64,000 bases of DNA from IMG/VR virus record IMGVR_UViG_3300008117_000079. The stretch is one strand, 5' to 3'. Positions 9,486 to 18,003 of the stretch are shown one piece after another. The notes beneath the pieces are model-generated. The model had not been told where the DNA came from and made no database searches. It saw nothing but the letters and a program-made list of their open reading frames with translations. The translations under genes were made by a program, and so were the position numbers. Each line of letters starts with the position of its first letter. The first letter of the stretch is position 1. Source of the stretch: a virus.

Positions 9486-10223
9486 TTATTTATCAAGAAA
9501 AGCGGATAATTTATCCATTAATTTTTTTGATTTATCAATTGCTGAAGCATCATCCATTTCACTACTTCTTGTTGATTGCATTTTCTTTTCCTCATCAAGA
9601 TTCTCCTCATAATTCATTCTATCATCTTTATTTAAGAAAAGATATGCACCAGGAGTTGAGGGAGATGATACAAGGTCAAAACAAATTAATTCAAAATCTT
9701 TTTGTACCTCATTTGTTTCACCAACTTTTTTAAGTGAACCAACTCCACGAGATGAAATACCCAAAGTAACACCTTGTCTTAAGTAGTTTGCTGCCAAATC
9801 ACCTTTTGTGGAACAAACTCCCCTTTCGTGAAATCCTGGACTTGTAAGCAATTTTAATTTACCCATAAGAACATTTCCTTCCCACCATACTTCGGTTATA
9901 ATGTGTGATACCCGGTCAAGATCAATAAGAGAAGATTCTGGGTGATTTAATTCAGAAAGAGAAGTTCCTCTTTCAATCATCTTTTTATAATTTTCAGCTT
10001 CTCTTTTTAAAATATCTTCAGGATATACTCTACCGTTTCTATTTGGCGTATTGTATTTTTGTAATACAGCGTAGAACTCAAATGGTTTTGAGTGATCAAG
10101 GAAACTTTTATTTTCCATTATATAACTATTTTGAGTTACTTTAGGGTTGATATATCCGGCATCGTACTCAATTAGAATACCCTTTCCAGTTTCACTTGGT
10201 GATAAAATTTTATAATTACTCAT
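9486..10223 (-). CDS. prohead core protein/protease, T4 gp21-like
   Basis: Motif series shared with T4 gp21: RNGRVYP (T4 NKRLYP), ELNHPESS (ELNHPQGP), IDLDRVSH (VNLDRVAL), GISSRGVGSL (GVSSRGMGSL), DLVSSPS (DVVADPS). Confidence 0.85.
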   Translation of the reverse strand: MSNYKILSPSETGKGILIEYDAGYINPKVTQNSYIMENKSFLDHSKPFEFYAVLQKYNTPNRNGRVYPEDILKREAENYKKMIERGTSLSELNHPESSLIDLDRVSHIITEVWWEGNVLMGKLKLLTSPGFHERGVCSTKGDLAANYLRQGVTLGISSRGVGSLKKVGETNEVQKDFELICFDLVSSPSTPGAYLFLNKDDRMNYEENLDEEKKMQSTRSSEMDDASAIDKSKKLMDKLSAFLDK

Positions 10224-10244
10224 CTTAAGTTTTAATAATAAATA

Positions 10245-10715
10245 TTAATCAATCTGAGTTTTTATTTTTTCCGGTTTAATATTTCCTTTTTTTGTTAAAT
10301 AGAATTTAAAAAATTTGTTATGTGTGAAAACCTCTGAGTATATATCTTTGGATAATTTTTTAAGTGTTTTTTTAAGAATTGGTGATTTAAAGTCAATAGG
10401 ATTTTCTAGGTTGTATAGATTTATCTCAAGATTCATAAATGATTTTTTCTTTAATTGTATACCACTTGTTCTTAGGTCTAAATCAACTATAAATTTTTCA
10501 TCAAATAAATTTTTATCAATATTATTAAACACAGAATGTTTTATATCTCTTGTCATATTAAGGACAACTCTTTCCCAGTTTAGACTTTCTTTTTTTGGTT
10601 CTACCCAGGTTTGTAAATTTAAATAAAGGGATTTGAATTCTTTTGAGTCTACAGTACCATAACTGACTTTACAAGTTCTAAACCCATTTATTTTGGAAGT
10701 TTTTCCTTTTTTCAT
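10245..10715 (-). CDS. hypothetical protein (position of gp68-like prohead core protein)
   Basis: 156-aa ORF in the T4 gp67/gp68 position between portal and protease; call is from position only, no motif seen. Confidence 0.35.
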   Translation of the reverse strand: MKKGKTSKINGFRTCKVSYGTVDSKEFKSLYLNLQTWVEPKKESLNWERVVLNMTRDIKHSVFNNIDKNLFDEKFIVDLDLRTSGIQLKKKSFMNLEINLYNLENPIDFKSPILKKTLKKLSKDIYSEVFTHNKFFKFYLTKKGNIKPEKIKTQID

Positions 10716-10794
10716 AAAACTTTTTCATAATTATTTAGTTTATTTTTTAGAAGTTTATGTATTTTTGGGATATATATCAATATAATATCAAAAT

Positions 10795-10989
10795 ATGTTA
10801 AAAGTAGAAGTTAAAAGAGGTGATATAGAAAGGGCGTTAAAAGAACTTAAAAGTAAGGTGATTAAAACAAGACAAAATTCCCACCTAAATGATAGACGGG
10901 AATTTAAGAAAAAATCTGTTGTAAAACGTAGCCAGGTTAAAAAAGCAATCTATATTCAGAAACTAAAAATTACTCCTAAAGATTTGTAA
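10795..10989 (+). CDS. rpsU: ribosomal protein bS21 homolog
   Basis: 64-aa basic protein MLKVEVKRGDIERALKELKSKV...REFKKKSVVKRSQVKKAIYIQKLK. Size, charge and motif order (VxV...ERALKxFKxK...REFxEKPS..KR.....A) match bacterial S21. Only plus-strand gene inside the minus-strand head module. Confidence 0.7.
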   Translation: MLKVEVKRGDIERALKELKSKVIKTRQNSHLNDRREFKKKSVVKRSQVKKAIYIQKLKITPKDL

Positions 10990-11695
10990 ATAAATCTTTT
11001 AATTTGTAATAATTTACTCTATTGTAGGTTTCGTTATTTAATTTATTAATTGTCTGATTAATTCTTGATGTTACTTCAGTATCATCGTTTGTTGATTTTA
11101 AATCATTTAATTTATCAAGAGTACTCTCTTTTAATACTTCATATTTAACCAATAATTTATCATTGTCTTCTGACAAGATTTTTTTAACTTCTTCTCTTTC
11201 AGATTCGTTAATACTAGATAAATAATCTGAAATTGTCTTATTAGCAACATCAACAATTTTACTTACTGGTAATTTTACCATATCAGTGTATTCTTCTTTT
11301 TTTGATTTTGATAAAGATTCTAAAATAAACTTTTTACTTTTAATTCTTGATTCAAGATTTAAGTTTTTTGTGTAGACTAGATTGTCAATATTTTCATATA
11401 TGTTTTTAGTCTCTATTTCAGATAACCATAAATCTAATTCATTAATAGAGTTTGAACTTAAATTTTTAATACTTTCCTTTAAAGTGGTTATTGATTCGTT
11501 AAGGAATTCATTTGCAAAATCATCACTATAACCCTTACTTGAAGATAGTTCGTCGTACATATAATACATTTCTTTTAATGTCTTGTTTTTTAATACAAGT
11601 TCACTAAAAATAAAAATGTCTTTTTTAAATGATTCCTTAAGGTATGAATCTGTTAGACATTTCTCTATTTTACTTTTTATAAGTCCAAATTTCAT
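10976..11695 (-). CDS. hypothetical protein (position of gp67-like prohead core protein)
   Basis: 239-aa K/E-rich ORF immediately downstream of the putative portal gene; positional call only, no motif seen. Confidence 0.35.
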   Translation of the reverse strand: MKFGLIKSKIEKCLTDSYLKESFKKDIFIFSELVLKNKTLKEMYYMYDELSSSKGYSDDFANEFLNESITTLKESIKNLSSNSINELDLWLSEIETKNIYENIDNLVYTKNLNLESRIKSKKFILESLSKSKKEEYTDMVKLPVSKIVDVANKTISDYLSSINESEREEVKKILSEDNDKLLVKYEVLKESTLDKLNDLKSTNDDTEVTSRINQTINKLNNETYNRVNYYKLKDLFTNL

Positions 11696-11719
11696 TTTAA
11701 TTGTTTTTTAATAAATATA

Positions 11720-13513
11720 TTACTTATCTAAAATCTTCATAAGTTCTTTTTCTATTTCACCTAGAGAGTTATTACCAATTAATATTTCATTATCAATATT
11801 TTCTAATAATAGATTTTCCATCTTTGCCTTACTTTCTGGTAGACCACCTTCTGGTCCTCCCGGAGGTGGTCCTGGTGGTGGTGGAGGACCTCCTAAGTCA
11901 CCACCCATATCCATTCCGCCACCTTCGGCCGGTGCTGCGGCTGTTGAGTCGGTTACCCCACTTACAGTTTTATACAAATTGTCAATGTTATCAAATAATC
12001 CGGTATGTGTAATAATTGTTGGTGTGTTTACAAGTTCTGCCGCAACCGCTTTCTCCATTCTTTGTCTTTGGATATCTAATTTGATATCCTCGTCTGACCA
12101 ACCAAATATATGTTTCTTAGCCCAAGTCGCCGATGTTGGTGCGATTGTTCCTTGGATATCTGTAACCAAATCTTTATAAAGTAATACTTTTTCTTTCCAA
12201 ACCTCAACCATAAGAAGATCAGCTTGTTTTGACGGGTTTGTAAGACCTAATGTAAAGTTTGTAAGTTCGTCCTCAAATCCTAAAAGAAATAAATGAATAA
12301 TTGCAATTTTGTTTAATTCAGATAGCATATTTTTCTGAATTTTATTAATTGTTCTTGCAAAACGAATATCAAGTAGAGATAAATTTTTACCATCACCAAC
12401 TGGTTCTTCAAAACCAAGGTAAGCTTTTGGTACACGAATAGCGGTTACAAGTTTCTTTTGGATGTACTCAATATCCGCAATTTCAGAAAGGTTCTGAGCA
12501 CCTGCTAATGTCTCAATTGGCATTGTTTGTGTTGCATCACGAACCGGAATAAAATAATCTTGATCCACCGCCATTTGATTAAATCGTAAATCAACATTAC
12601 CTGTTTTATTATCTACAATTTGATCCCTTTTAAATTTATTGGCAACACGTTGTACGTATGGTTCAACATCTTTATCGTCCATATTTCCAACGAATACTTT
12701 GAATACCCTTCTTTCCGGGGCTCTTGATGTACGATAAATTAACATCGCATCTTCAGCAAGTACTAATTGTTTCCAAATTCTTCTTGCCTTTTCAAGCATA
12801 GAAGTTCCATATGGTAATTTTCTATCGTCACCTAGAAGTCTAAAGTGTGCTACCTCCCAAGTGTTAAATTCCATATTTTTTTCTTTCCAATTAAACCTAA
12901 CACCCTTCTCGTCTGGTTTTACTTCAGTGTTAGGTCTTTTTGGGGACATACCCTTTTCTAACCTTTCAATTTCAATATTCGGTAACTGAACACAACCAAT
13001 GATTCCTTTTTCTGGATCTAATTTTAAGTAAACAAAATTATCACCATACTTACAAGTGTTTCTAATCCACATCTGTAAGTTTGTGTTGATATCTAATGTA
13101 TTATTAAATAAATCGGCTAAAATTCCTTTTATTCTTTTTGATTCTGAATATATTTGAAGTATATGTCCGTTTTCATCTGGTGTTGTTGACTCTTCAGCAT
13201 AAATGTCAAGTGCTGTTGATATCTCCGGAGTAAACTCCATTGATTCATAATCATAAAATGCTGCAAGTCTTGTTGGTTCATAATATATTGCTTGAGTATA
13301 TAAATTACTTTCAATCTTTTGCCATTGATTTGCTAAATATAAAGTTTGTTGAGATTGTAGTAACTCTTTTTCGTATTCATTTCTATCTTTAGTTCTTAAA
13401 AGTTCTTTCTTATCAAACTTATACGTTGGGACATCTTGACCCAATAAAGAGTTGGGACCAAAGGCCTGGGTCAGTCGTTGCCAAACAGTTAGTTCATTAT
13501 TTTTATTTTCCAT
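11720..13513 (-). CDS. probable portal vertex protein (gp20-like)
   Basis: 597-aa ORF between large terminase and prohead core/protease genes, as in T4 (17-...-20-67-68-21-22-23); size appropriate. C-terminal Gly/Pro-rich tail. No motif-level confirmation possible by eye. Confidence 0.55.
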   Translation of the reverse strand: MENKNNELTVWQRLTQAFGPNSLLGQDVPTYKFDKKELLRTKDRNEYEKELLQSQQTLYLANQWQKIESNLYTQAIYYEPTRLAAFYDYESMEFTPEISTALDIYAEESTTPDENGHILQIYSESKRIKGILADLFNNTLDINTNLQMWIRNTCKYGDNFVYLKLDPEKGIIGCVQLPNIEIERLEKGMSPKRPNTEVKPDEKGVRFNWKEKNMEFNTWEVAHFRLLGDDRKLPYGTSMLEKARRIWKQLVLAEDAMLIYRTSRAPERRVFKVFVGNMDDKDVEPYVQRVANKFKRDQIVDNKTGNVDLRFNQMAVDQDYFIPVRDATQTMPIETLAGAQNLSEIADIEYIQKKLVTAIRVPKAYLGFEEPVGDGKNLSLLDIRFARTINKIQKNMLSELNKIAIIHLFLLGFEDELTNFTLGLTNPSKQADLLMVEVWKEKVLLYKDLVTDIQGTIAPTSATWAKKHIFGWSDEDIKLDIQRQRMEKAVAAELVNTPTIITHTGLFDNIDNLYKTVSGVTDSTAAAPAEGGGMDMGGDLGGPPPPPGPPPGGPEGGLPESKAKMENLLLENIDNEILIGNNSLGEIEKELMKILDK

Positions 13514-13551
13514 ATTTAAAATTTAAATATTTTTTTATAATATTAAATATT

Positions 13552-13806
13552 TTAACACCAAACCAAGACATAATTATCTTGTGTTGTTATATAATCGTAA
13601 TCTTGTGTTAGAATATAACAAGTTGTTATTTCTTGAGTGGTTGTAGTTGTTGTTACCGGTGTTCCGGGACCACCTTCTGGTAATGGTCTATACTTATACT
13701 GAAAAGTATTTGGAAATTTTTTAACCGAATAAATAGGTTGACCAGTCACAGTAAGTGTTGATCCACCAATTAATCTGCCAGATGTTTTTCTACTTTCTAA
13801 TCCCAT
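13552..13806 (-). CDS. hypothetical small protein (Thr-rich)
   Basis: 84-aa ORF between terminase and portal genes. Confidence 0.3.
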   Translation of the reverse strand: MGLESRKTSGRLIGGSTLTVTGQPIYSVKKFPNTFQYKYRPLPEGGPGTPVTTTTTTQEITTCYILTQDYDYITTQDNYVLVWC

Positions 13807-13810
13807 TTTT

Positions 13811-15586
13811 TTATCTTGTCATTCCACCAAATAACCAGCCGTATTTCATATACTCCTCTCTACTTGGCCCACTATTATTTCTATATCTATCATTCATTGT
13901 ATTCATATTTGGAAGTACCGGGTCAAAATGAAGTTGTCTACTAACTGAATCATTATTTGACACAGTCCAAGATTCAATCATCATTTTTGTTTTTTCAACA
14001 ACCTTTTCAAGTTTTTGGAATGACGATTCCCCAACATAAATTGCCATTGATATCCCCATAATTAAATCATCGTGTTGTCCTTTCTGGTGATCTGGTCTAC
14101 CATTTACATAAATAAATGTGTTCATCTCATTGTACAAACGAGAACTTCTAATTTTAAACTTGTGTCTTACATACTCCTCAAACGCTGCAATAATCTGAAC
14201 CCGTTTATTGTTAAAATTAATCCCGGGGATTTTATCCAAGGCTTTTGCGTTATACGACCAGATATTTGTCGTATCAACCCCATCAATATATAAGTTTTTA
14301 TAACCAAGTTCTTGCATTTTTCTAACTGTTGTAATTCCCATACCTCCGGTAATATCCACAACACAAAAAGCATTGTACATTAATCCCCATTTGTATGCTA
14401 TTTCAGCAAGTGCATCCGGTGGTATTTTCCCAACATATTCAAGAACTTGTTCTCTTTCATCAAAGTCAATAATTTGAATTGATGAAAAGTCTTCACTATC
14501 ACCTCTTGATACATCAACACCCATAATGTATTTATGTCCTTGTTCTGGTTCTTTCCACATCCAAAGAGAATTTCCCATCATTTTATTTGGTGCATCATAG
14601 ATTGTATTTGATTTTAGATATTCTAGTTGTTTTGCGTCAAATACGTTATCTCCAGATCCTAAGAATTCACAATTTAACTCTTGGTTAATTTTTCTTTTAT
14701 CGTATTTTAATTTTTTAACCATTTTCTCATACCAGGATGAGCATGGTTTATATCCTTTAAGGAAATATTCTTTTATGTGGTCATAATCTCTTTCGTATGG
14801 GTCAGAATCCCCAAATGAAATATTTCCAGAATGGTCTCTTTCTTCTTTGTGTAATAAATAATCAACCATATCATCTGTTGGGACAAGATATAAGTCTTTG
14901 GAATATCTTGGGTCTTTCCACCAAAACATTTCAGAGATTTTAAAGTTATTTATACCTTTTGTTGATTGATCGTAGATTTCATAATAAATTGGGTCATATC
15001 CATTTGGTGTTGATACAACAATTACTTTACCACCGGTAGAAAGTGACGCCATACAAGCTGCCCAGAAATCATTGTCAGCTTCAATGAAGGCTGCTTCATC
15101 AAAAACAAGTATTGTTGGTGTGTAACCCCTTAGTGCATCTCGTGATGTTGCAACAGCTTTAACTTCACAACCATTTGTTAACTTATAATGTCTTTGTGAA
15201 TTTTTGTCGGCTGAAAATCCGGTACCAACCCACTTTGGCCATTGGTCAACAAAGGCTCTAATCTTGTTTGCCATTTCCATTGACGTATCAAGTTTGTTTG
15301 CAATAATTAGAATTTTTTCTGGTTTTTCTTTTTTAGCAAACACAAGTCTTTTTGATACCCAAGCGGCGGTTACCGTTGATACACCAGCCTGGCGATACTT
15401 GAGGGCTATATTTTCCTCATAATCTTCATAATCTTTTAGTAGAGATACTTGATCTGGAAATAACTCTAATGGAACATACTTTGAGACTGTATTATCATAT
15501 GTTTGTAAATAAGTTCTTAAAGCATATGGTGTGTCTCTCATACACTTCACATACTCAAGCATTATTTGTTCCTTTGTCAAACTCAT
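13811..15586 (-). CDS. terminase large subunit (gp17-like ATPase/nuclease)
   Basis: N-terminal ATPase region with ILVFDEAAF (Walker B-like DEAAF). C-terminal RNase H-like nuclease region with VDVSRGDSEDFSSIQII and GQHDDLIMGISMAIYV acidic motifs typical of large terminases. Confidence 0.85.
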   Translation of the reverse strand: MSLTKEQIMLEYVKCMRDTPYALRTYLQTYDNTVSKYVPLELFPDQVSLLKDYEDYEENIALKYRQAGVSTVTAAWVSKRLVFAKKEKPEKILIIANKLDTSMEMANKIRAFVDQWPKWVGTGFSADKNSQRHYKLTNGCEVKAVATSRDALRGYTPTILVFDEAAFIEADNDFWAACMASLSTGGKVIVVSTPNGYDPIYYEIYDQSTKGINNFKISEMFWWKDPRYSKDLYLVPTDDMVDYLLHKEERDHSGNISFGDSDPYERDYDHIKEYFLKGYKPCSSWYEKMVKKLKYDKRKINQELNCEFLGSGDNVFDAKQLEYLKSNTIYDAPNKMMGNSLWMWKEPEQGHKYIMGVDVSRGDSEDFSSIQIIDFDEREQVLEYVGKIPPDALAEIAYKWGLMYNAFCVVDITGGMGITTVRKMQELGYKNLYIDGVDTTNIWSYNAKALDKIPGINFNNKRVQIIAAFEEYVRHKFKIRSSRLYNEMNTFIYVNGRPDHQKGQHDDLIMGISMAIYVGESSFQKLEKVVEKTKMMIESWTVSNNDSVSRQLHFDPVLPNMNTMNDRYRNNSGPSREEYMKYGWLFGGMTR

Positions 15587-15609
15587 AAAAGTATTTTTAT
15601 ATAAATATC

Positions 15610-15641
15610 AAACCCCCTTGTTATTTTAAACAAAGGGGTTT
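15610..15641 (-). terminator. intrinsic terminator between fibre gene and terminase gene
   Basis: AAACCCCTTTGTTTAAAATAACAAGGGGGTTT hairpin on the minus strand followed by a T-rich stretch. Confidence 0.5.
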
Positions 15642-15665
15642 ATGTTATTTTTAAAATTTATAATA

Positions 15666-17570
15666 TCACCTAACAAAGTATAATGATATTTCATCATTAA
15701 TATCTTTCATTTTAATCCATCTACTAGGGATTTGTTGGTTTTTTAGAACTCTTATTTGACCAAGTAAACCAACAACATTCCATTCAGGTCTTTTGGCTCT
15801 AGGTGTGTAAGTAATAGTTGGGTCAAAATTTGGTGTTATCTTTGGTCTTTTCCCCGTAATTGTTTTATGAGTTGTAACTCCACTCACAACATTATCAACA
15901 ACGTCATAAGAATAATCCTCCATTACTATTTTACCCCAGATATCTTTTTCATATTTACCAACCCATTCATCTGCTGTACCATCTTCATTGTTACCAACAA
16001 GTGTAGGTGTTGATGATATGACACCAATTGCGTTATTAGCGTCTTGACAAACTTTTATTTTATCCCCGTCTAATTCTACAACGGTGCCAAAAGGAAGTGC
16101 TTCACCTGTTACGGATTCAAAATATTCAGCGTAATCGGCACCAGTATTATAACTGGCACCAGCGCCATAAACATTACCACTTGTGTCAACTCTAAATGCG
16201 TTTGACCTTGCGGAATTTGATGTGCCTTTACCTATAATAAATAATTGATTTGGGTTTGTTGTGTCATTCCACGTACCAGAAACGTGTTGATACCCTTCGT
16301 ATGCAATTGTCCCATTACCTTCAGCGTGTGACCCAATACTTAAACTTAATGTTGTGTTACCTTCAGCGTGTGAATAGGTGCCCCCCTGAAATAAAGTTTG
16401 GTATGGTAGACTTTTTCCCCACATAAAGGCTCCAGGGTTATAAATAGAAAGTGGAACTCCGGCACTAACAAATAACCCCGGTGTTGCTAATGTGACATTT
16501 GTTTTTGTTGTAAACGTTGCTGTAGTTACGGTGTGTATTGACCCATCTAAAATAACTGTAGTTCCACTAGGGAAATAAGCCGTTAAATCCCCAAAAGAAG
16601 CTGGTAAACCAACAACACTACTACTTGTACCGTCTGTTTCCCAACCAGGTAACCCAACTCTATTGTTATAGCCTTCAGCGTGTGACGAGTAACCAATTGT
16701 TATATTACCAACACCCTCAACGTGAGAAACGTAACCTAAACTTAAGTTGTCATCACCTTCTGCGTGTGATCCAACACCTAACGCAACATTATTAAAAAAG
16801 TAACCACCTTCAACGTGAGCCCCAAAACCTAGGGATTGGGATGTATTTTGGTTTACCCCTTGATATGGGTACGTTGTTGCTAATGAGGTTGGGTCATAAA
16901 TTGAAAGTGGTAGCCCTCCGCCTGCATTTAATGTTGTATCAGTTAATTGTATGTTTGTTAAAGTGGTGAATGTTGAGGCACTTACAGTGTAGAACTGACC
17001 ATATAAAACAACTATAGTTCCGGATGGGAAATTGCTAGATAAATCACCGAAACCGCTAGGTAATTGAATTAGGCCATTAAACGTACCATTAGTCGTCCAA
17101 GCAGGTAAACCTGTAACACCATAAGCCCCTTCAGTGTGTGAAGAACCACCATATGTTCTTGTTTGATACCCTTCTGCGTGAGAATACTCACCGTTAGATG
17201 TTGTATCAATACCTTCAGCATGGGAAGTGAGACCTTTTGACGTTGTTTGATAACCTTCGGCGTGAGAATAACTCCCACTAGCTACAACGTTATAACCAAA
17301 AGCCATTGATAAAAAATCATCAGCTATAGACCCATTTGATTGTATGCTATCAAAAAAAGTTATTGGTGAACAACCAACAACATTACAAACGTGTAGTTCG
17401 TTAATTGGACTTCCTGATGTGTTCCCAGTAAATGAAGATACAACACCTGTTAAATTACTACCATCACCATAATATGTAACAGCAGAAAATGTTGTAGCAC
17501 TTACAGCACCATTAATTATCTGTTCTGTTAGTGTATTGTCTAAATTATCTATTATATATTTTACGCTCAT
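15666..17570 (-). CDS. tail fibre-like protein with repeated [GY]xSHAEG motifs
   Basis: At least 10 copies of the short motif YSHAEG / GSHAEG / VSHVEG spaced 12-20 aa apart, Gly/Thr/Ser-rich between; 634 aa. A C-terminal non-repetitive domain contains DYAEYFE. Confidence 0.55.
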   Translation of the reverse strand: MSVKYIIDNLDNTLTEQIINGAVSATTFSAVTYYGDGSNLTGVVSSFTGNTSGSPINELHVCNVVGCSPITFFDSIQSNGSIADDFLSMAFGYNVVASGSYSHAEGYQTTSKGLTSHAEGIDTTSNGEYSHAEGYQTRTYGGSSHTEGAYGVTGLPAWTTNGTFNGLIQLPSGFGDLSSNFPSGTIVVLYGQFYTVSASTFTTLTNIQLTDTTLNAGGGLPLSIYDPTSLATTYPYQGVNQNTSQSLGFGAHVEGGYFFNNVALGVGSHAEGDDNLSLGYVSHVEGVGNITIGYSSHAEGYNNRVGLPGWETDGTSSSVVGLPASFGDLTAYFPSGTTVILDGSIHTVTTATFTTKTNVTLATPGLFVSAGVPLSIYNPGAFMWGKSLPYQTLFQGGTYSHAEGNTTLSLSIGSHAEGNGTIAYEGYQHVSGTWNDTTNPNQLFIIGKGTSNSARSNAFRVDTSGNVYGAGASYNTGADYAEYFESVTGEALPFGTVVELDGDKIKVCQDANNAIGVISSTPTLVGNNEDGTADEWVGKYEKDIWGKIVMEDYSYDVVDNVVSGVTTHKTITGKRPKITPNFDPTITYTPRAKRPEWNVVGLLGQIRVLKNQQIPSRWIKMKDINDEISLYFVR

Positions 17571-17576
17571 TTTATG

Positions 17577-17993
17577 TTATATTTTGTCTATTATTTGTGC
17601 TAAAATTATTTTTGATCCTTCAGCTTTTTTTATTGTATCAACACTTGAGATATTCTCAACACCTAATTGGTATTGACAATCACCACAATTTTTAAATTCT
17701 CCACCTAGTCCGGGGTTAATATAATAGTCATACCCCTCAGTTTGAGTTTGATCAACCACAGTAAAACAACCGGCAATCGTATCATTTGATGAGTTATAAA
17801 CAAATATTGTGACTGGTTTTATTTCACCTTTTTCAGCATTAGCCAAAAAGTTATCCTTTGACTCTAGTGCTACAATATCACCTAATTGTTTTTCATTTTG
17901 AAACACCTCAACACGCCTGTTATCATATTGTGCGATTATTCGTTGTCCTGGATTTTTACAACTTTCTAATATATAAAATTCACTACTTGCCAT
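17577..17993 (-). CDS. hypothetical protein
   Basis: 138-aa ORF between two fibre-like genes; Cys-containing (CGDCQYQ). Confidence 0.35.
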   Translation of the reverse strand: MASSEFYILESCKNPGQRIIAQYDNRRVEVFQNEKQLGDIVALESKDNFLANAEKGEIKPVTIFVYNSSNDTIAGCFTVVDQTQTEGYDYYINPGLGGEFKNCGDCQYQLGVENISSVDTIKKAEGSKIILAQIIDKI

Positions 17994-18003
17994 ATTCTTT
18001 TTT

